A DNA stretch of 64,000 nucleotides from Methanobacteriota archaeon. GTDB lineage: Archaea; Thermoplasmatota; Thermoplasmata; SG8-5; JAGLSY01. Under the pieces are notes generated by a model. The model was not told where the DNA came from. It did no database searches and saw only the letters and a list, made by a program, of their open reading frames with translations. The stretch lies in NCBI GenBank assembly GCA_020696385.1, contig JAEHCQ010000002.1, forward strand, positions 288,001-352,000, written 5' to 3'. A program made the position numbers and the translations under genes. This document shows positions 1 through 10,600 of the stretch, piece by piece; the first letter of the stretch is position 1, and every line of letters starts with the position of its first letter.

Positions 1-341
1 ACCATCAGATATTGTTCATCTCCTGTTTTGAAGACAATGGTATCATCTATTATCGCTCCTTTTTCATTTAGGATATGGGTGTAAACAGATTTACCAATAT
101 TAATCGTGGAAATATCATTCGTACATAATTTTTGTAACGATCTGGATTGAGCCCCCCCATTTATCAGGATCTCACCCATATGAGATACATCGAAAATACC
201 AGCAGCTGTTCTTACTGCATGATGCTCCTTCAGAATGCCTGTAGAATACTGGATGGGCATCATCCATCCATGGAAATCTACCAGCTTTGCATCCAATTTT
301 TCATGCTCATGATAAAGTGGGGTCTTCATAAGCTTGGACAA
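1..341 (-). CDS. gcvT: Glycine cleavage system aminomethyltransferase T, 5' part (runs off window start)
   Basis: Not in the ORF track. Manual translation of the minus strand from TTG 341/ATG 329 gives MKTPLYHEHEKLDAKLVDFHGWMMPIQYSTGILKEHHAVRTAAGIFDVSHMGEI, the classic GcvT N-terminus. Confidence 0.93.
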   Translation of the reverse strand, partial: MSKLMKTPLYHEHEKLDAKLVDFHGWMMPIQYSTGILKEHHAVRTAAGIFDVSHMGEILINGGAQSRSLQKLCTNDISTINIGKSVYTHILNEKGAIIDDTIVFKTGDEQYLM

Positions 342-509
342 TTCGATTATGGTTATATAATTTTTCAATAATAATTGAAGATTCGATGTTTTAATCTAAG
401 AATATTAGATAGTTATTATGATTACTATACTAACGCATATCAATATGCCAATAATATTAGTTTTTCTCCTGATATTAAAAGCAATGAATGATTCATTCCA
501 AGCCCTAAT

Positions 510-651
510 TCCGCAACCTTAAGGTTTGCGGATACAGGGCGCAGAGCGCCTGTAGAATTAACTTTGATTGAATTCATTAAGGGCTCATATCCCCGCTAAT
601 CTATAAAGATTAACGAAGGGGATACCCCACCCTTTAGGGTTGAGGAGCCCT
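510..651. repeat. Cluster of palindromes, IS200/IS605-end-like or MITE-like remnant
   Basis: Hairpins tccgcaacc/ggtttgcgga (510-532) and tacagggcgc/gcgcctgta (533-554). Nested structure agggctc(580)...gagccct(651) encloses tatcccc/ggggata and accct-tt-agggt. Confidence 0.4.
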
Positions 652-702
652 CATTGTTTAATAAGGAAAATTATAAATCATAAATAGAAATTTAGGTTAT
701 GC

Positions 703-1104
703 ATGAACCTAGATCAGACATTCTATAAATTAAGGGAGATATTACACCAATATAGAATTGAGATTGGTGTTTTCTTTGTAATATTTGGAAGTGTACTTGT
801 TTTCCTTTCAGGATTTGGGATATTGGCTGAAGATGGTTCTGATTCTATTTTCATTTCTATCAAAGATCTTCTGGGTGGGTGGATATATTGGATGATCGTA
901 ATCGGTACCATCATGTTATTGCTCGGACTTTTTTATTTATTTGATTTCATATCAAAAAGAAGGGAATTCTATAAATTATTTGAAGAAGAAAGTAAATCCA
1001 AATTCATCAAGAATCAGGACAGGATCGAAGAACTGGCCTGGAGATTGAATCCCAAATTCGAAAAGATGGTTATTGAGAAAAAAGCCAAGTGGCGGATCAA
1101 GTAA
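703..1104 (+). CDS. Two-TM membrane protein, DUF3198-like
   Basis: 133 aa, two hydrophobic helices, then F..L...SKSKFIKNQDRIEELAWRL tail typical of this Thermoplasmata family. Confidence 0.65.
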   Translation: MNLDQTFYKLREILHQYRIEIGVFFVIFGSVLVFLSGFGILAEDGSDSIFISIKDLLGGWIYWMIVIGTIMLLLGLFYLFDFISKRREFYKLFEEESKSKFIKNQDRIEELAWRLNPKFEKMVIEKKAKWRIK

Positions 1105-1354
1105 GTGTGATTCGGTTCCCCATATTAATTTGATTATTATCTTAGTGAAATAAGATAGATTATAGCTAAAGCCATATATGATTTAATAATAATTAATCAG
1201 CCTATTTACTTACAAATTATTAAAAATTTATTTTTAATACAATAAAATTAAGATATTAACAAAATGTTCATAACATTGATATGTAATAAGAACAATCACT
1301 ATTCCACATATGATATACTTAATTAAAATTAAGATATTATAGAAATCGTGGAGG

Positions 1355-1756
1355 ATGAGAAATATGACACAACAAGGAAATTATCAGCAGCCAGCACCAG
1401 TACCGCAACATCAACCAGTATATCCACAACAAGCCAAACCCGAGATATCAGATATGATTGTTGGGAAAGGAAAATTGGATCTGTTCCTGATGGGTGGTGG
1501 ATTATTGATACTATTGGGTCTATTATTCCTGGATCTATTAAGATCTGGAGCTGTGGACCCCTCTGAAACCCTTTCATTCCTTGGTCTGGTATTATTCCAT
1601 ACTGGAATAATAGCATTGATCAGTCTCTTGCTTGTCGCAGGGATCGTCAGGGATGATATTCCAGAGAACACACGAACCATGATGATAAGAGCATCTGGCT
1701 TGATAGCCGCAGCTTTTATCTTCGCTACAGCATTGGGATTCCTAGGATTTAATTAA
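1355..1756 (+). CDS. Hypothetical membrane protein with Gln/Pro-rich N-terminus
   Basis: 133 aa, QQPAPVPQHQPVYPQQ leader and three hydrophobic segments; GGAGG just upstream. Confidence 0.65.
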   Translation: MRNMTQQGNYQQPAPVPQHQPVYPQQAKPEISDMIVGKGKLDLFLMGGGLLILLGLLFLDLLRSGAVDPSETLSFLGLVLFHTGIIALISLLLVAGIVRDDIPENTRTMMIRASGLIAAAFIFATALGFLGFN

Positions 1757-1818
1757 ATATCTATCCTAGATAATACAATATGAGCTTATGTAATGGAATA
1801 ATAAAGAAAATAAAAAAT

Positions 1819-1850
1819 GCAGAGGTTCTGCCTCTGCCCCTTTTAATTAT
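1819..1850 (+). terminator. Hairpin plus T-tract terminator
   Basis: gcagagg-ttctg-cctctgc followed by ccctttt. Confidence 0.45.
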
Positions 1851-2106
1851 TTTATACAATTCAATTAAAAAATGTGGAAAACCTACATTTCATATGTAAG
1901 CGAATCGGTGCTTCCCAATCATCATCATATTTCAACCCCCCTCATCGATCAGCCTCATTAATTTTAATTTTCAAATCATAAAATATATATAGATTCCTAT
2001 TAAGCCAGTGTTATATTAATTCAATACCGATGTGAAAAAAAGTAAGTTAAGAAAACTATTAGTAGGATTCGCTTTCTTACACCCCTGCTCATTTGTATAA
2101 TGCGGC

Positions 2107-2128
2107 TTTCCAATGGAAACGATGGGGT
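2107..2128 (+). promoter_or_regulatory. Origin recognition box (ORB); probable oriC
   Basis: tttccaatggaaacgatggggt matches the archaeal ORB consensus (TTCCAnTGGAAA plus G-string), just upstream of cdc6 and next to AT-rich tracts. Confidence 0.75.
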
Positions 2129-2173
2129 CCCCCCGCCATTAGATCTTGGCGGTCGGGATAAAGAAATTATCTA

Positions 2174-3451
2174 TTGAGAGCTGTAGTTCAGGGGGAGCGC
2201 ACCGTGACAGCCACGATCTTCGATAACCATCTTAAAACACCCTCGATATTCAAGAGGGACAGGGATATCTTGAGAGCATCATATATCCCGGAGAAGCTAT
2301 TGCACAGGGATGACCAGATCAGCCAGATAGCCAGTATACTCGTTCCTGCTTTGAGAGGTGAAAGGCCATCCAATATACTGATATTCGGGAAAACTGGAAC
2401 CGGAAAAACAGCCACTGCCAAATATATGAGCAAAGAAATAACCAAAGCAGCTCAATCGGATCTCACCAAATTCAATGATGTTGTTTATATTTACATCAAT
2501 TGCGAAATAGTGGACACCCAATATGGTGTTCTGCAGAATATCGGAAATAGATTCATAAAGGATTTTGATGAGCGGATACCCCCAACTGGCTGGGCTACTG
2601 AAAGGGTATATTATAAATTGAAAGACGAGATGGATTCCAAACCGAGGGTGTGTATCGTCGTCCTGGATGAGATCGATAGGTTCGTGCATAAGACTGGGGA
2701 TGACGCTCTTTACCGCCTTACGAAGATCAATGACGAGTTCGAAAATGCGAAGATGTGTCTGATCGGCATATCCAATAATATGAAATTCACAGAGCTTCTT
2801 GATCCCAGGGTGAGGAGTAGGCTGGGCGATGAAAAAATGGTATTTCCACCATATGATGCGGATCAATTACGGGATATTCTCGCACAGAGGGCGGAACTGG
2901 CATTCGCGGAGAATGTGGTAGATCCAAATGTCCTATCACTTTGTGCCGCTGTTGAAGCCAATGAGCAAGGGGATGCCAGAAGTGCTCTGGACCTTCTCAG
3001 AGTGTCGGCGGAGCTGGCGGAGCGGAATCGTGATACCCAGGTTACGGAGCAGCATGTTTACAAGGCCAAGAACAAGATAGAGTTAGATTGCGTCATAGAG
3101 GCCGTTAGAACACTCCCTCTTCAATCCAAAGTCATACTCTTGGGTATTCTTATGAATGAGGAGATAGGCCAATTAAAACTCACTACAGGCGATGTTTATG
3201 CCACATACAAGGAGCTTTGCAGAAAGACCGGCCTATCGATGGTTACACAACGCCGCGTTACCGATCTGATATCCGAGCTGGATATGATGGGCATCATAAG
3301 TGCGAGGGTGAAATCATTTGGCAGGGGTGGAAGGACCAAGGAAATTGTTTCCAGTGTCCCCTTGCTGGAAACCAAATCCGTGCTTTTGAGAGATCCGATG
3401 ATCGAGACACTGGGTAATTATAAGTTAAAACATCAAATGACCCTGATGTGA
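2174..3451 (+). CDS. cdc6: Orc1/Cdc6 replication initiator
   Basis: Walker A GKTGTGKT, Walker B VLDEID, SRL and GDAR motifs, C-terminal wHTH with SFGRGGRT. True start may be GTG 2204. Confidence 0.96.
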   Translation: MRAVVQGERTVTATIFDNHLKTPSIFKRDRDILRASYIPEKLLHRDDQISQIASILVPALRGERPSNILIFGKTGTGKTATAKYMSKEITKAAQSDLTKFNDVVYIYINCEIVDTQYGVLQNIGNRFIKDFDERIPPTGWATERVYYKLKDEMDSKPRVCIVVLDEIDRFVHKTGDDALYRLTKINDEFENAKMCLIGISNNMKFTELLDPRVRSRLGDEKMVFPPYDADQLRDILAQRAELAFAENVVDPNVLSLCAAVEANEQGDARSALDLLRVSAELAERNRDTQVTEQHVYKAKNKIELDCVIEAVRTLPLQSKVILLGILMNEEIGQLKLTTGDVYATYKELCRKTGLSMVTQRRVTDLISELDMMGIISARVKSFGRGGRTKEIVSSVPLLETKSVLLRDPMIETLGNYKLKHQMTLM

Positions 3452-3492
3452 GAACTATCAGTCTCTAAAGATCCTGAAAGTTCTCATTCCAG

Positions 3493-3561
3493 GCCATAGT
3501 CCCAAACACGCAGCGGTACTCTCGCTGCGATCATTTACTGAGAAAATGATGGGACTACGGC
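3493..3561. repeat. Three-way-junction palindromic element between convergent genes
   Basis: gccatagtccc...gggactacggc closes two internal hairpins, cgcagcg/cgctgcg and atcattt/aaatgat. Confidence 0.5.
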
Positions 3562-3624
3562 AACCGACTACTCTCCAAATATTTTCACATATTCATTGAA
3601 GATAATATGTGGGTCCTAAAGATA

Positions 3625-4761
3625 TTATTTATCTAACTGGCGCCCACAGCTAGGACATTCACTCTCTGTATTTTCCACCAATACTTCACAATGTGGACAT
3701 GGAATCTTGACAATTTCCTTGATGATTATAGTTTCTTTCTCTTTAATCACATCAACAGATGTTTCATCTTCTCCAGTAGGCTTTTTAATTGTAGTATCCG
3801 ACACATCTTCAGCTGAAGGGTCCGACATATTATCTGGATCTGGAGTATGATCTGAAGAATTCTCATCTGTTTTTTCAGATCCATCCCCCTCTTCCTCTAT
3901 AGTTTCCTCATCCTCCCCACCCTTCTTTTTCCAGATCAAGGGCAGGCCGAAATCAATGAACAATGGAACACCTATCAAGATCACGATAGATATCATCAAA
4001 TTTGGCCAGCTGTTTGGAGGGGCAGGTCCTCGTATACCACCAGTGAATGTCAGTTTGATAAGGCCGAACCAAGGTAGTTCACCCACGGCTCTTCCAACCA
4101 CCCATTCTTCTTTGATAAGCATGTATCCACCGGATCTTTGGTCATAGGCAGGGACATTATTATCCCCCATCGTGACGAATCCGCTATGAGGCTCCACACC
4201 CGCATGCCGGAAATTGAAAATAATACCCTCGATACCGATTATCACATCTCGATCCTTGTAGCCATATCCCTTCAATATGATCTCTGAGGTGACATCATAT
4301 AGTCCAAGTTCTGGGGCATCGAAACTGAGATTCTCATAATCATACCTATCGGAGTTCAGTGAACTCACCTTTGAGTCATTGAGCTCCAGCCAGAGAACCG
4401 CTCTGTGAATGATGGGTGTTAATTCGGAGATACCATTCGGTTTGTATATGATGACATCCCCGAACTCATCATAAGTCCGATAATTGCTCCCCTCCCCTTC
4501 CACATAGGTCACTATTTTATCTCTTGAGGGCGAGTCTTTGACAAGTACCATATCACCAGTGTCGATGACGCCTATTTCACTGTCGATACCGTGCATCATA
4601 CTGCCGGATTCAACTACAACGACCGGAGGCCATACCTGACAATAGGCCAGAAGCACACTCATAATGATAGCCACGACAATGATCGCCGCGATCACATCCT
4701 TGGCCACTCCGATGGCCGTTTTCTTCACAAGCTCTTTATTCATCGTAAACCCTGTGGACAT
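3625..4761 (-). CDS. Archaeal signal peptidase I (S26) with acidic tail and C-terminal zinc ribbon
   Basis: TM then VVVESGSM (catalytic Ser), GD box, PIIHR (catalytic His), TMGDNN; ends CPHC...CPSC. Confidence 0.9.
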   Translation of the reverse strand: MSTGFTMNKELVKKTAIGVAKDVIAAIIVVAIIMSVLLAYCQVWPPVVVVESGSMMHGIDSEIGVIDTGDMVLVKDSPSRDKIVTYVEGEGSNYRTYDEFGDVIIYKPNGISELTPIIHRAVLWLELNDSKVSSLNSDRYDYENLSFDAPELGLYDVTSEIILKGYGYKDRDVIIGIEGIIFNFRHAGVEPHSGFVTMGDNNVPAYDQRSGGYMLIKEEWVVGRAVGELPWFGLIKLTFTGGIRGPAPPNSWPNLMISIVILIGVPLFIDFGLPLIWKKKGGEDEETIEEEGDGSEKTDENSSDHTPDPDNMSDPSAEDVSDTTIKKPTGEDETSVDVIKEKETIIIKEIVKIPCPHCEVLVENTESECPSCGRQLDK

Positions 4762-4835
4762 CGCAAATTATTGTTCATATATAAAATAAGCCCAAAGAAT
4801 CATAAACACCTTTCACTTCCACTCTCTGATAAGAT

Positions 4836-5309
4836 ATGAAAGAATCTACAGAGAAGAAACATGGTTCGAATACCAGACCCACAAAGACCGAATATTTCAT
4901 GGATATGGCCACTCTCGCCTCCAAGAGATCCACATGCCTCAGGCGCGCGGTGGGCGCGGTCCTCGTGAAAGATGGCCATGTTCTTTCAACCGGATACAAT
5001 GGCGCACCCAAAGGGCTGGATCACTGTGAAGTTACAGGTTGTATTAGAGATCGGATGAACGTTCCCAGCGGAGAAAGACATGAGCTTTGTCGGGGAGTGC
5101 ATGCGGAACAAAACGCGATAATCCAGGCCGCGTATTTCGGTGTCAGTGTGAATGGGGCGAAGATATACATCACGAACCATCCATGTAGTGTGTGTGCGAA
5201 GATGTTGCTGAACGCGGGCATCGTGGAAGTGATCTACAAGGGCGATTACCATGATGAACTGGCTGTGGAGATGCTGGAAGAGGGCGATATCAAGATCTGG
5301 CGATTCTAA
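4836..5309 (+). CDS. dCMP deaminase (cytidine/deoxycytidylate deaminase family)
   Basis: RSTCLRRAVGA, GYNG, HAEQNA and PCSVC zinc motifs. Confidence 0.92.
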   Translation: MKESTEKKHGSNTRPTKTEYFMDMATLASKRSTCLRRAVGAVLVKDGHVLSTGYNGAPKGLDHCEVTGCIRDRMNVPSGERHELCRGVHAEQNAIIQAAYFGVSVNGAKIYITNHPCSVCAKMLLNAGIVEVIYKGDYHDELAVEMLEEGDIKIWRF

Positions 5310-5367
5310 GTTCCCTTATGGTAATTCCCTCGCATCATCCCCAAAATATATAGAGAATTTGGTAAAG

Positions 5368-6435
5368 TTATATATCAATCTTATAAAGGGCTTCTTTTCT
5401 TTTTCTTATTATCGCAAGAGATGTTTTTTGTTGATCTATATTTGCAGACATTGTTGGAGATAAATATATGTTTTTCATTGCACCAAGAGAGCCTGGAAAT
5501 TGATGAGTATACCTATTTTCCCAATCAAGATGCTCGTCAACAGAAGAAAATACTTGGAAAAGTAAGATATTATATCTTCCTAAACTTGCCTCCAAAACAT
5601 AGGGAACACATGGATCAGATTTTATGGCCTTGATAACATTATTCATTGATTTTTTAATCTCAAGTAGACAATAAACTAAAATATGACCTGATGGGACGAA
5701 AAATTTTGGAAATCTAGATACTGGCATTCCAATGACCCTCTCTTTAAGAAGGCTGGAAATACGACGCTCAACGGTTTTCCTGTTGATCTCTAGTTTTTTT
5801 GATAATAGATTTTCATTTGTTCTGATGCTTCCCCCCATCATTAGTTTTTTCAAAATCTGAATGTTCAGATTATTCATCTTATAGCCATTCAACATCAACT
5901 TTTCTCCTTTCTGATACCTCTCCTCCATTCGAAAGATAGGAGAATATGGTTCATATTTGATAATGTGATTATTACTAAAATAAGAGCCACTGGCGGGATG
6001 TCTATTATCTCTTGGCGATATCTCTTTTTCAGCTACTATTTTCTTCCTCCAGTCAACGTATGAGGATATGTCTTTAAAAAACATAATTAAGAATGTGTTG
6101 TATTCCTCATCTTTAAGATAATAGGCACCAAAAATATGTTCATTCTCAATAAGGAATTTGGAGATACTCTCTGTCCTGGGCAGATCCGCTCTCACAATCA
6201 CCATCAAAGGATGCTCTTGATGTAGTCTAATAAATGGGTATACTGGCTTATTTATTATTTCATGGTCGAACAATGCCTGGACTTGGTCTCTTATCGTATC
6301 TCGATGTTTGTTCAGATCCCTGGCTAAACCACTGATATTTACCTCAACTCCAACTCCATTGCAAATATTTTCAAGAATAGTCAAATTTAATTCATCATCC
6401 AACAGCGCCGACATAATGCAGGATTGATTGGGCAC
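5368..6435 (-). CDS. Tandem Lrp/AsnC-like transcriptional regulator (two wHTH-effector repeats)
   Basis: Two HTH segments (ISGLARDLNKHRDTIRDQVQAL; ENLLSKKLEINRKTVERRISSL), each followed by a RAM-like domain (YNTFLIMFF / YNILLFQVF); divergent from the redox operon. Confidence 0.7.
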   Translation of the reverse strand: MPNQSCIMSALLDDELNLTILENICNGVGVEVNISGLARDLNKHRDTIRDQVQALFDHEIINKPVYPFIRLHQEHPLMVIVRADLPRTESISKFLIENEHIFGAYYLKDEEYNTFLIMFFKDISSYVDWRKKIVAEKEISPRDNRHPASGSYFSNNHIIKYEPYSPIFRMEERYQKGEKLMLNGYKMNNLNIQILKKLMMGGSIRTNENLLSKKLEINRKTVERRISSLLKERVIGMPVSRFPKFFVPSGHILVYCLLEIKKSMNNVIKAIKSDPCVPYVLEASLGRYNILLFQVFSSVDEHLDWENRYTHQFPGSLGAMKNIYLSPTMSANIDQQKTSLAIIRKRKEALYKIDI

Positions 6436-6709
6436 TATAAGTAATTAACCACTTATTTATACGCTATTTTGCACATATTTTTGTGCTAATTACCGTCAAT
6501 ATTAATGCCCAAAAAACCATAGTAGAACTCAACACTAAGGGTACATAGTAATTAATTTATGTACATTTGTAGCGAAATATCGGCTCGAAATGACCGGGCA
6601 ATATTAATAAGTGTTTTCCCATCGCACTCGCACATGGAAATATACAATGATTCACTCACCCAGCCAAATCCTAAAATGATCTCATTGTATCTTGAAGCTA
6701 GAAAGGTGA

Positions 6710-7255
6710 TTGATAATGAATAGTACACAAATAGATCCTCAGGTCAAGGAACAGAAGGAAGCTACATTTCTAGAGGATGCTGGCGAGATGGATAGAAAAG
6801 TGGAACAAATACTCAATGACTATGGCAGAAATAAGAGTTCATTGATATCCATTTTACTGGATATACAATCCGAATACAATTATCTGCCAAAGGATGCACT
6901 GGTTATGGTATCTGACAAACTCAATATCCATCTAATTGAGATATACACGGTTGCCACGTTTTACACGGTATTCAGCTTGAAACCAAGAGGGAAATACGTA
7001 ATCAATGTATGTGTTGGTACCGCCTGCCATGTGAGGGGTGGACGCAGGATAGTTGATAAAATTCAGAAAGAACTGAATATCGATGTTGGCGAAACAACCG
7101 GGGATATGCAATTCACCCTCGAAACAGTCAGGTGCCTTGGTGCATGTGCTCTTGGTCCAGTCATGGTTATAAATGGAGAATATTATGGCCAATTGAGTAC
7201 CAAAAAAGCAAATACAGTACTTCAAACATATATAGCAAAGGAGGTCGAGGCATGA
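6710..7255 (+). CDS. nuoE: NuoE/HydC-like [2Fe-2S] subunit
   Basis: VATFY, CVGTACHVRG and CLGACALGP motifs. Confidence 0.92.
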   Translation: MIMNSTQIDPQVKEQKEATFLEDAGEMDRKVEQILNDYGRNKSSLISILLDIQSEYNYLPKDALVMVSDKLNIHLIEIYTVATFYTVFSLKPRGKYVINVCVGTACHVRGGRRIVDKIQKELNIDVGETTGDMQFTLETVRCLGACALGPVMVINGEYYGQLSTKKANTVLQTYIAKEVEA

Positions 7256-7668
7256 TACATTTAAAACTCAAGTGCCATCATTGCGGTGAAAGCTTGATGG
7301 ATGAGGATTTTGAGATTGATGAACACCCCAGTGTGAAAATTCTTGTTGCATCCAATGGGGATACAGGGATATTACATTTAAGTTCACGATATGGGAGCTT
7401 TAATAAGGAATCTGAAATAGATATACCAGATGGATATATTGTCAAAGTCTTTTGCCCACACTGCAAAGATGATATGAAGAGTAGCAGGTTGTGTTATGAA
7501 TGCAAAGCTCCCATGATCACATTTGAATCTATTCTTGGTGGATATATTCGATTTTGTTCTCGTTGGGGCTGCAAGAAGCATCTTGTTGAGTTCGAGAATT
7601 TGGAATCAGAACTTAGGGCATTTCATGCGAAATACACTCTCTCGCCTCAAGGGAGGGTGAAAAAATGA
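7252..7668 (+). CDS. Small Cys-rich metal-binding protein in the redox operon
   Basis: ATG 7252 overlaps the nuoE stop (ATGA) after GGAGG; CHHC, CPHC, CYEC, CSRWGCKKH. The ORF-track start at 7132 is too far upstream. Confidence 0.8.
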   Translation: MIHLKLKCHHCGESLMDEDFEIDEHPSVKILVASNGDTGILHLSSRYGSFNKESEIDIPDGYIVKVFCPHCKDDMKSSRLCYECKAPMITFESILGGYIRFCSRWGCKKHLVEFENLESELRAFHAKYTLSPQGRVKK

Positions 7669-10600
7669 GTGTAAAAATTAAAAATAATGATGATCTAATT
7701 GAATTGAGAAAATCTATATTGAGTAATAAAGTTCAAGACAAACCTTGTATAGTGGTTGCAACTGGAACTTGCGGCATTGCCCAGGGTGCTGATAAGGTTA
7801 TTATATCTCTCAAAAAAAAACTTAAAGAACACGGTCTAGAAGAAAAAATTGAAATAAAAACAACAGGATGCCATGGCTTCTGTCAGATAGAACCCTATCT
7901 AACTATTTTCCCAGAAGATGTATTTTACACAAATGTAAAGCCAGAGGATTCAGAAGATATAATATCAAAAACCATAATTGGTAAAGAGATTATAGAACGA
8001 TTATTATATTTGGATACAAAGACGAACTCTACAATAATGAAGGAAAACGATATACCGTTTTATAAAAAACAAACAAGAAATATGTTAGAGAATAATATTC
8101 TTATAAATCCATCTAACATTGATGACTACATAGGCATAGGTGGTTATTCGGCTTTGGGGAAAGTTTTTAGCGGTATGCCTCCAGAAGATGTCATCGAGGA
8201 GATTAAAAATTCAGAGCTGCGGGGCAGAGGAGGAGCAGGATTTCCAACTGGTTTTAAATGGGATTTCTGTAGAAGAGCCAAAGGCGATATGAAATACATT
8301 GTCTGCAATGCCGATGAAGGAGATCCTGGCGCTTATATGAATAGAAATCTCCTTGAAGGCAATCCACATAGTGTTCTGGAAGGGATGTTGATCGGTGCAT
8401 ATGCAATGGGTGCTTCTGAGGGGATAATTTACATTAGACACGAATATCCACTAGCCGTAAAAACCATTAAAATCGCAATGGACCAGATGCGAGAATATGG
8501 ATTACTCGGGAAAAACATACTTGGCAGTGGTTTTGATTTTGACATAAGTATAGTTCCAGGTGCTGGCGCCTTCGTTTGTGGTGAAGAGACCGCATTAATA
8601 GCCTCGATCGAGGGAAAAAAAGGAGAACCCAGGCAGAGACCGCCTTTCCCGGCTCAGAAGGGGATATTTGGCAAACCCACGAATATAAACAATGTCGAAA
8701 CTTGGGCAAATATCCCACTCATAATCAATAATGGTGCAGAATGGTTTTCAGAAATTGGAGTAGAAGGAGCCAATGGTACAAAGATATTCTCTCTGGTTGG
8801 GAAGATAAACAACACTGGATTAGTAGAAGTTCCATTGGGCACGACACTAAAGGAAATGGTTTATGATATCGGCGGCGGAATACCCAAGGGCAAGAAATTC
8901 AAGGCGATCCAGACAGGTGGGCCATCTGGAGGCTGCATACCTGGGAATTTACTCTCAACTCCAATTGATTATAATAAATTGGCTGAAGCAGGCTCGATTA
9001 TGGGTTCTGGCGGTCTTGTTGTCATGGATGAAGACACTTGCATGGTGGATGTGGCAAAATATTTCCTTGGTTTTCTGCAGGAGGAATCCTGCGGCAAGTG
9101 CATGACCTGCAGAGAAGGGATCGAGAGATTATTGGAAATCGTAACTGATATTACTGAAGGTAAAGGTGAAATGAGTGATATCGATCTATTGGAGGAATTG
9201 GGTAATGTCGTGAAGGACGCATCCATGTGTGGACTCGGCCAGACCGCTCCAAATTCAGTGCTTTCCACATTGAGATATTTTATGGACGAATATGAGCAGC
9301 ATATCAAATACAAGCGATGCCCCGGTGTAGTATGTAAAGAGATCATATCCTCGCCATGCCAACATGTTTGTCCAATAGATACAGAGGCTCCTTTATATAT
9401 ATCATTGATAGCCGCAGGGCGGTATGAAGAGGCTTTCAACATTATCATGAAAGATAACCCCCTCTCATCGGTTTGTGCTAGAGTATGCAGTCACCCATGC
9501 GAGACAAAATGCCAGGCTGGTAAGTTCGGCGATCCTATTTCAATCAGGGGACTAAAGAGATTTGTTACAGATTATGCCCAGAAGAATGATTTGAAATACT
9601 TGCCTAAAAAACAAGAATCAAAGAAGGAAAAGATCGTGATTATCGGCTCAGGGCCAGCTGGATTGACTGCCAGTTACTACCTGGGAATGAATGGATATAA
9701 TGTTACGATTTTAGAATCCCAGCCCGTTGTGGGCGGAGCATTATCCATCTGTATACCTGAATATAGATTGCCTAAAGATATTCTAAATCATGATATTGAT
9801 AATATCAGAGAAATGGGTGTGGAAATAAAGAATAACATTACCGTTGGCAAGGATATTTCTTTCGAAGAATTAAGAAATAATTATGATGCAATATTCATAG
9901 CCACTGGCGCTCATAAATCTTTGAAATTGGGAATTCCAAATGAAGATGCCGATGGAGTTTTACATTCTATGGATCTTCTCAAAGATGCGAGTCTGGGAAA
10001 GGATATAAATATTGGACCTCGAATAGGAATTATTGGAGGGGGCAATGCGGCGGTAGATGTAGCCAGAGTGGCTAGCCGTCTTGCTGGCTGCGAAGAGGCT
10101 ACACTGATTTACAGGAGAACGAGGTCGGAAATGCCTGCTTTCGAAGAAGAAGTGGAGGCATGTCTCGATGAAAGCGTCAATATGCAGTTCCTAACCGCTC
10201 CAAAGAGTATATTGGCTGAAAATGGTAAGATGACTGGACTTGAATGTATCAGGATGGAATTGGGAGAACGGGATGCTTCCGGCAGAAGGAGACCGGTCCC
10301 AATCGAGAATTCTGAATTCATATTAGAATTGGACAACCTTATAATCGCAATCGGTGAACAACCAGATATTTCATTCTTGGATAAAATTGAAGGAATCAAG
10401 GTCACAAGAGGAAATGCTATCGGTGTTGATAAGGAAAAATACACAACAGGGATAGATGGAGTGTTTGCAGGAGGCGATGTGGTAACTGGCCCGAATACAG
10501 TTATAGAGGCAATGGGATCTGGGAAAGTGGTTGCTGGATTGATAGATAAATACCTTAAAGGGGAGCCTGTAGAACGTGAATACGAAATTACCAGACCATC

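Noticed and set aside
147-371. Plus-strand 74-aa ORF
   Set aside because: Antisense shadow of gcvT; the many short ORFs nested opposite well-supported genes were dismissed for the same reason.
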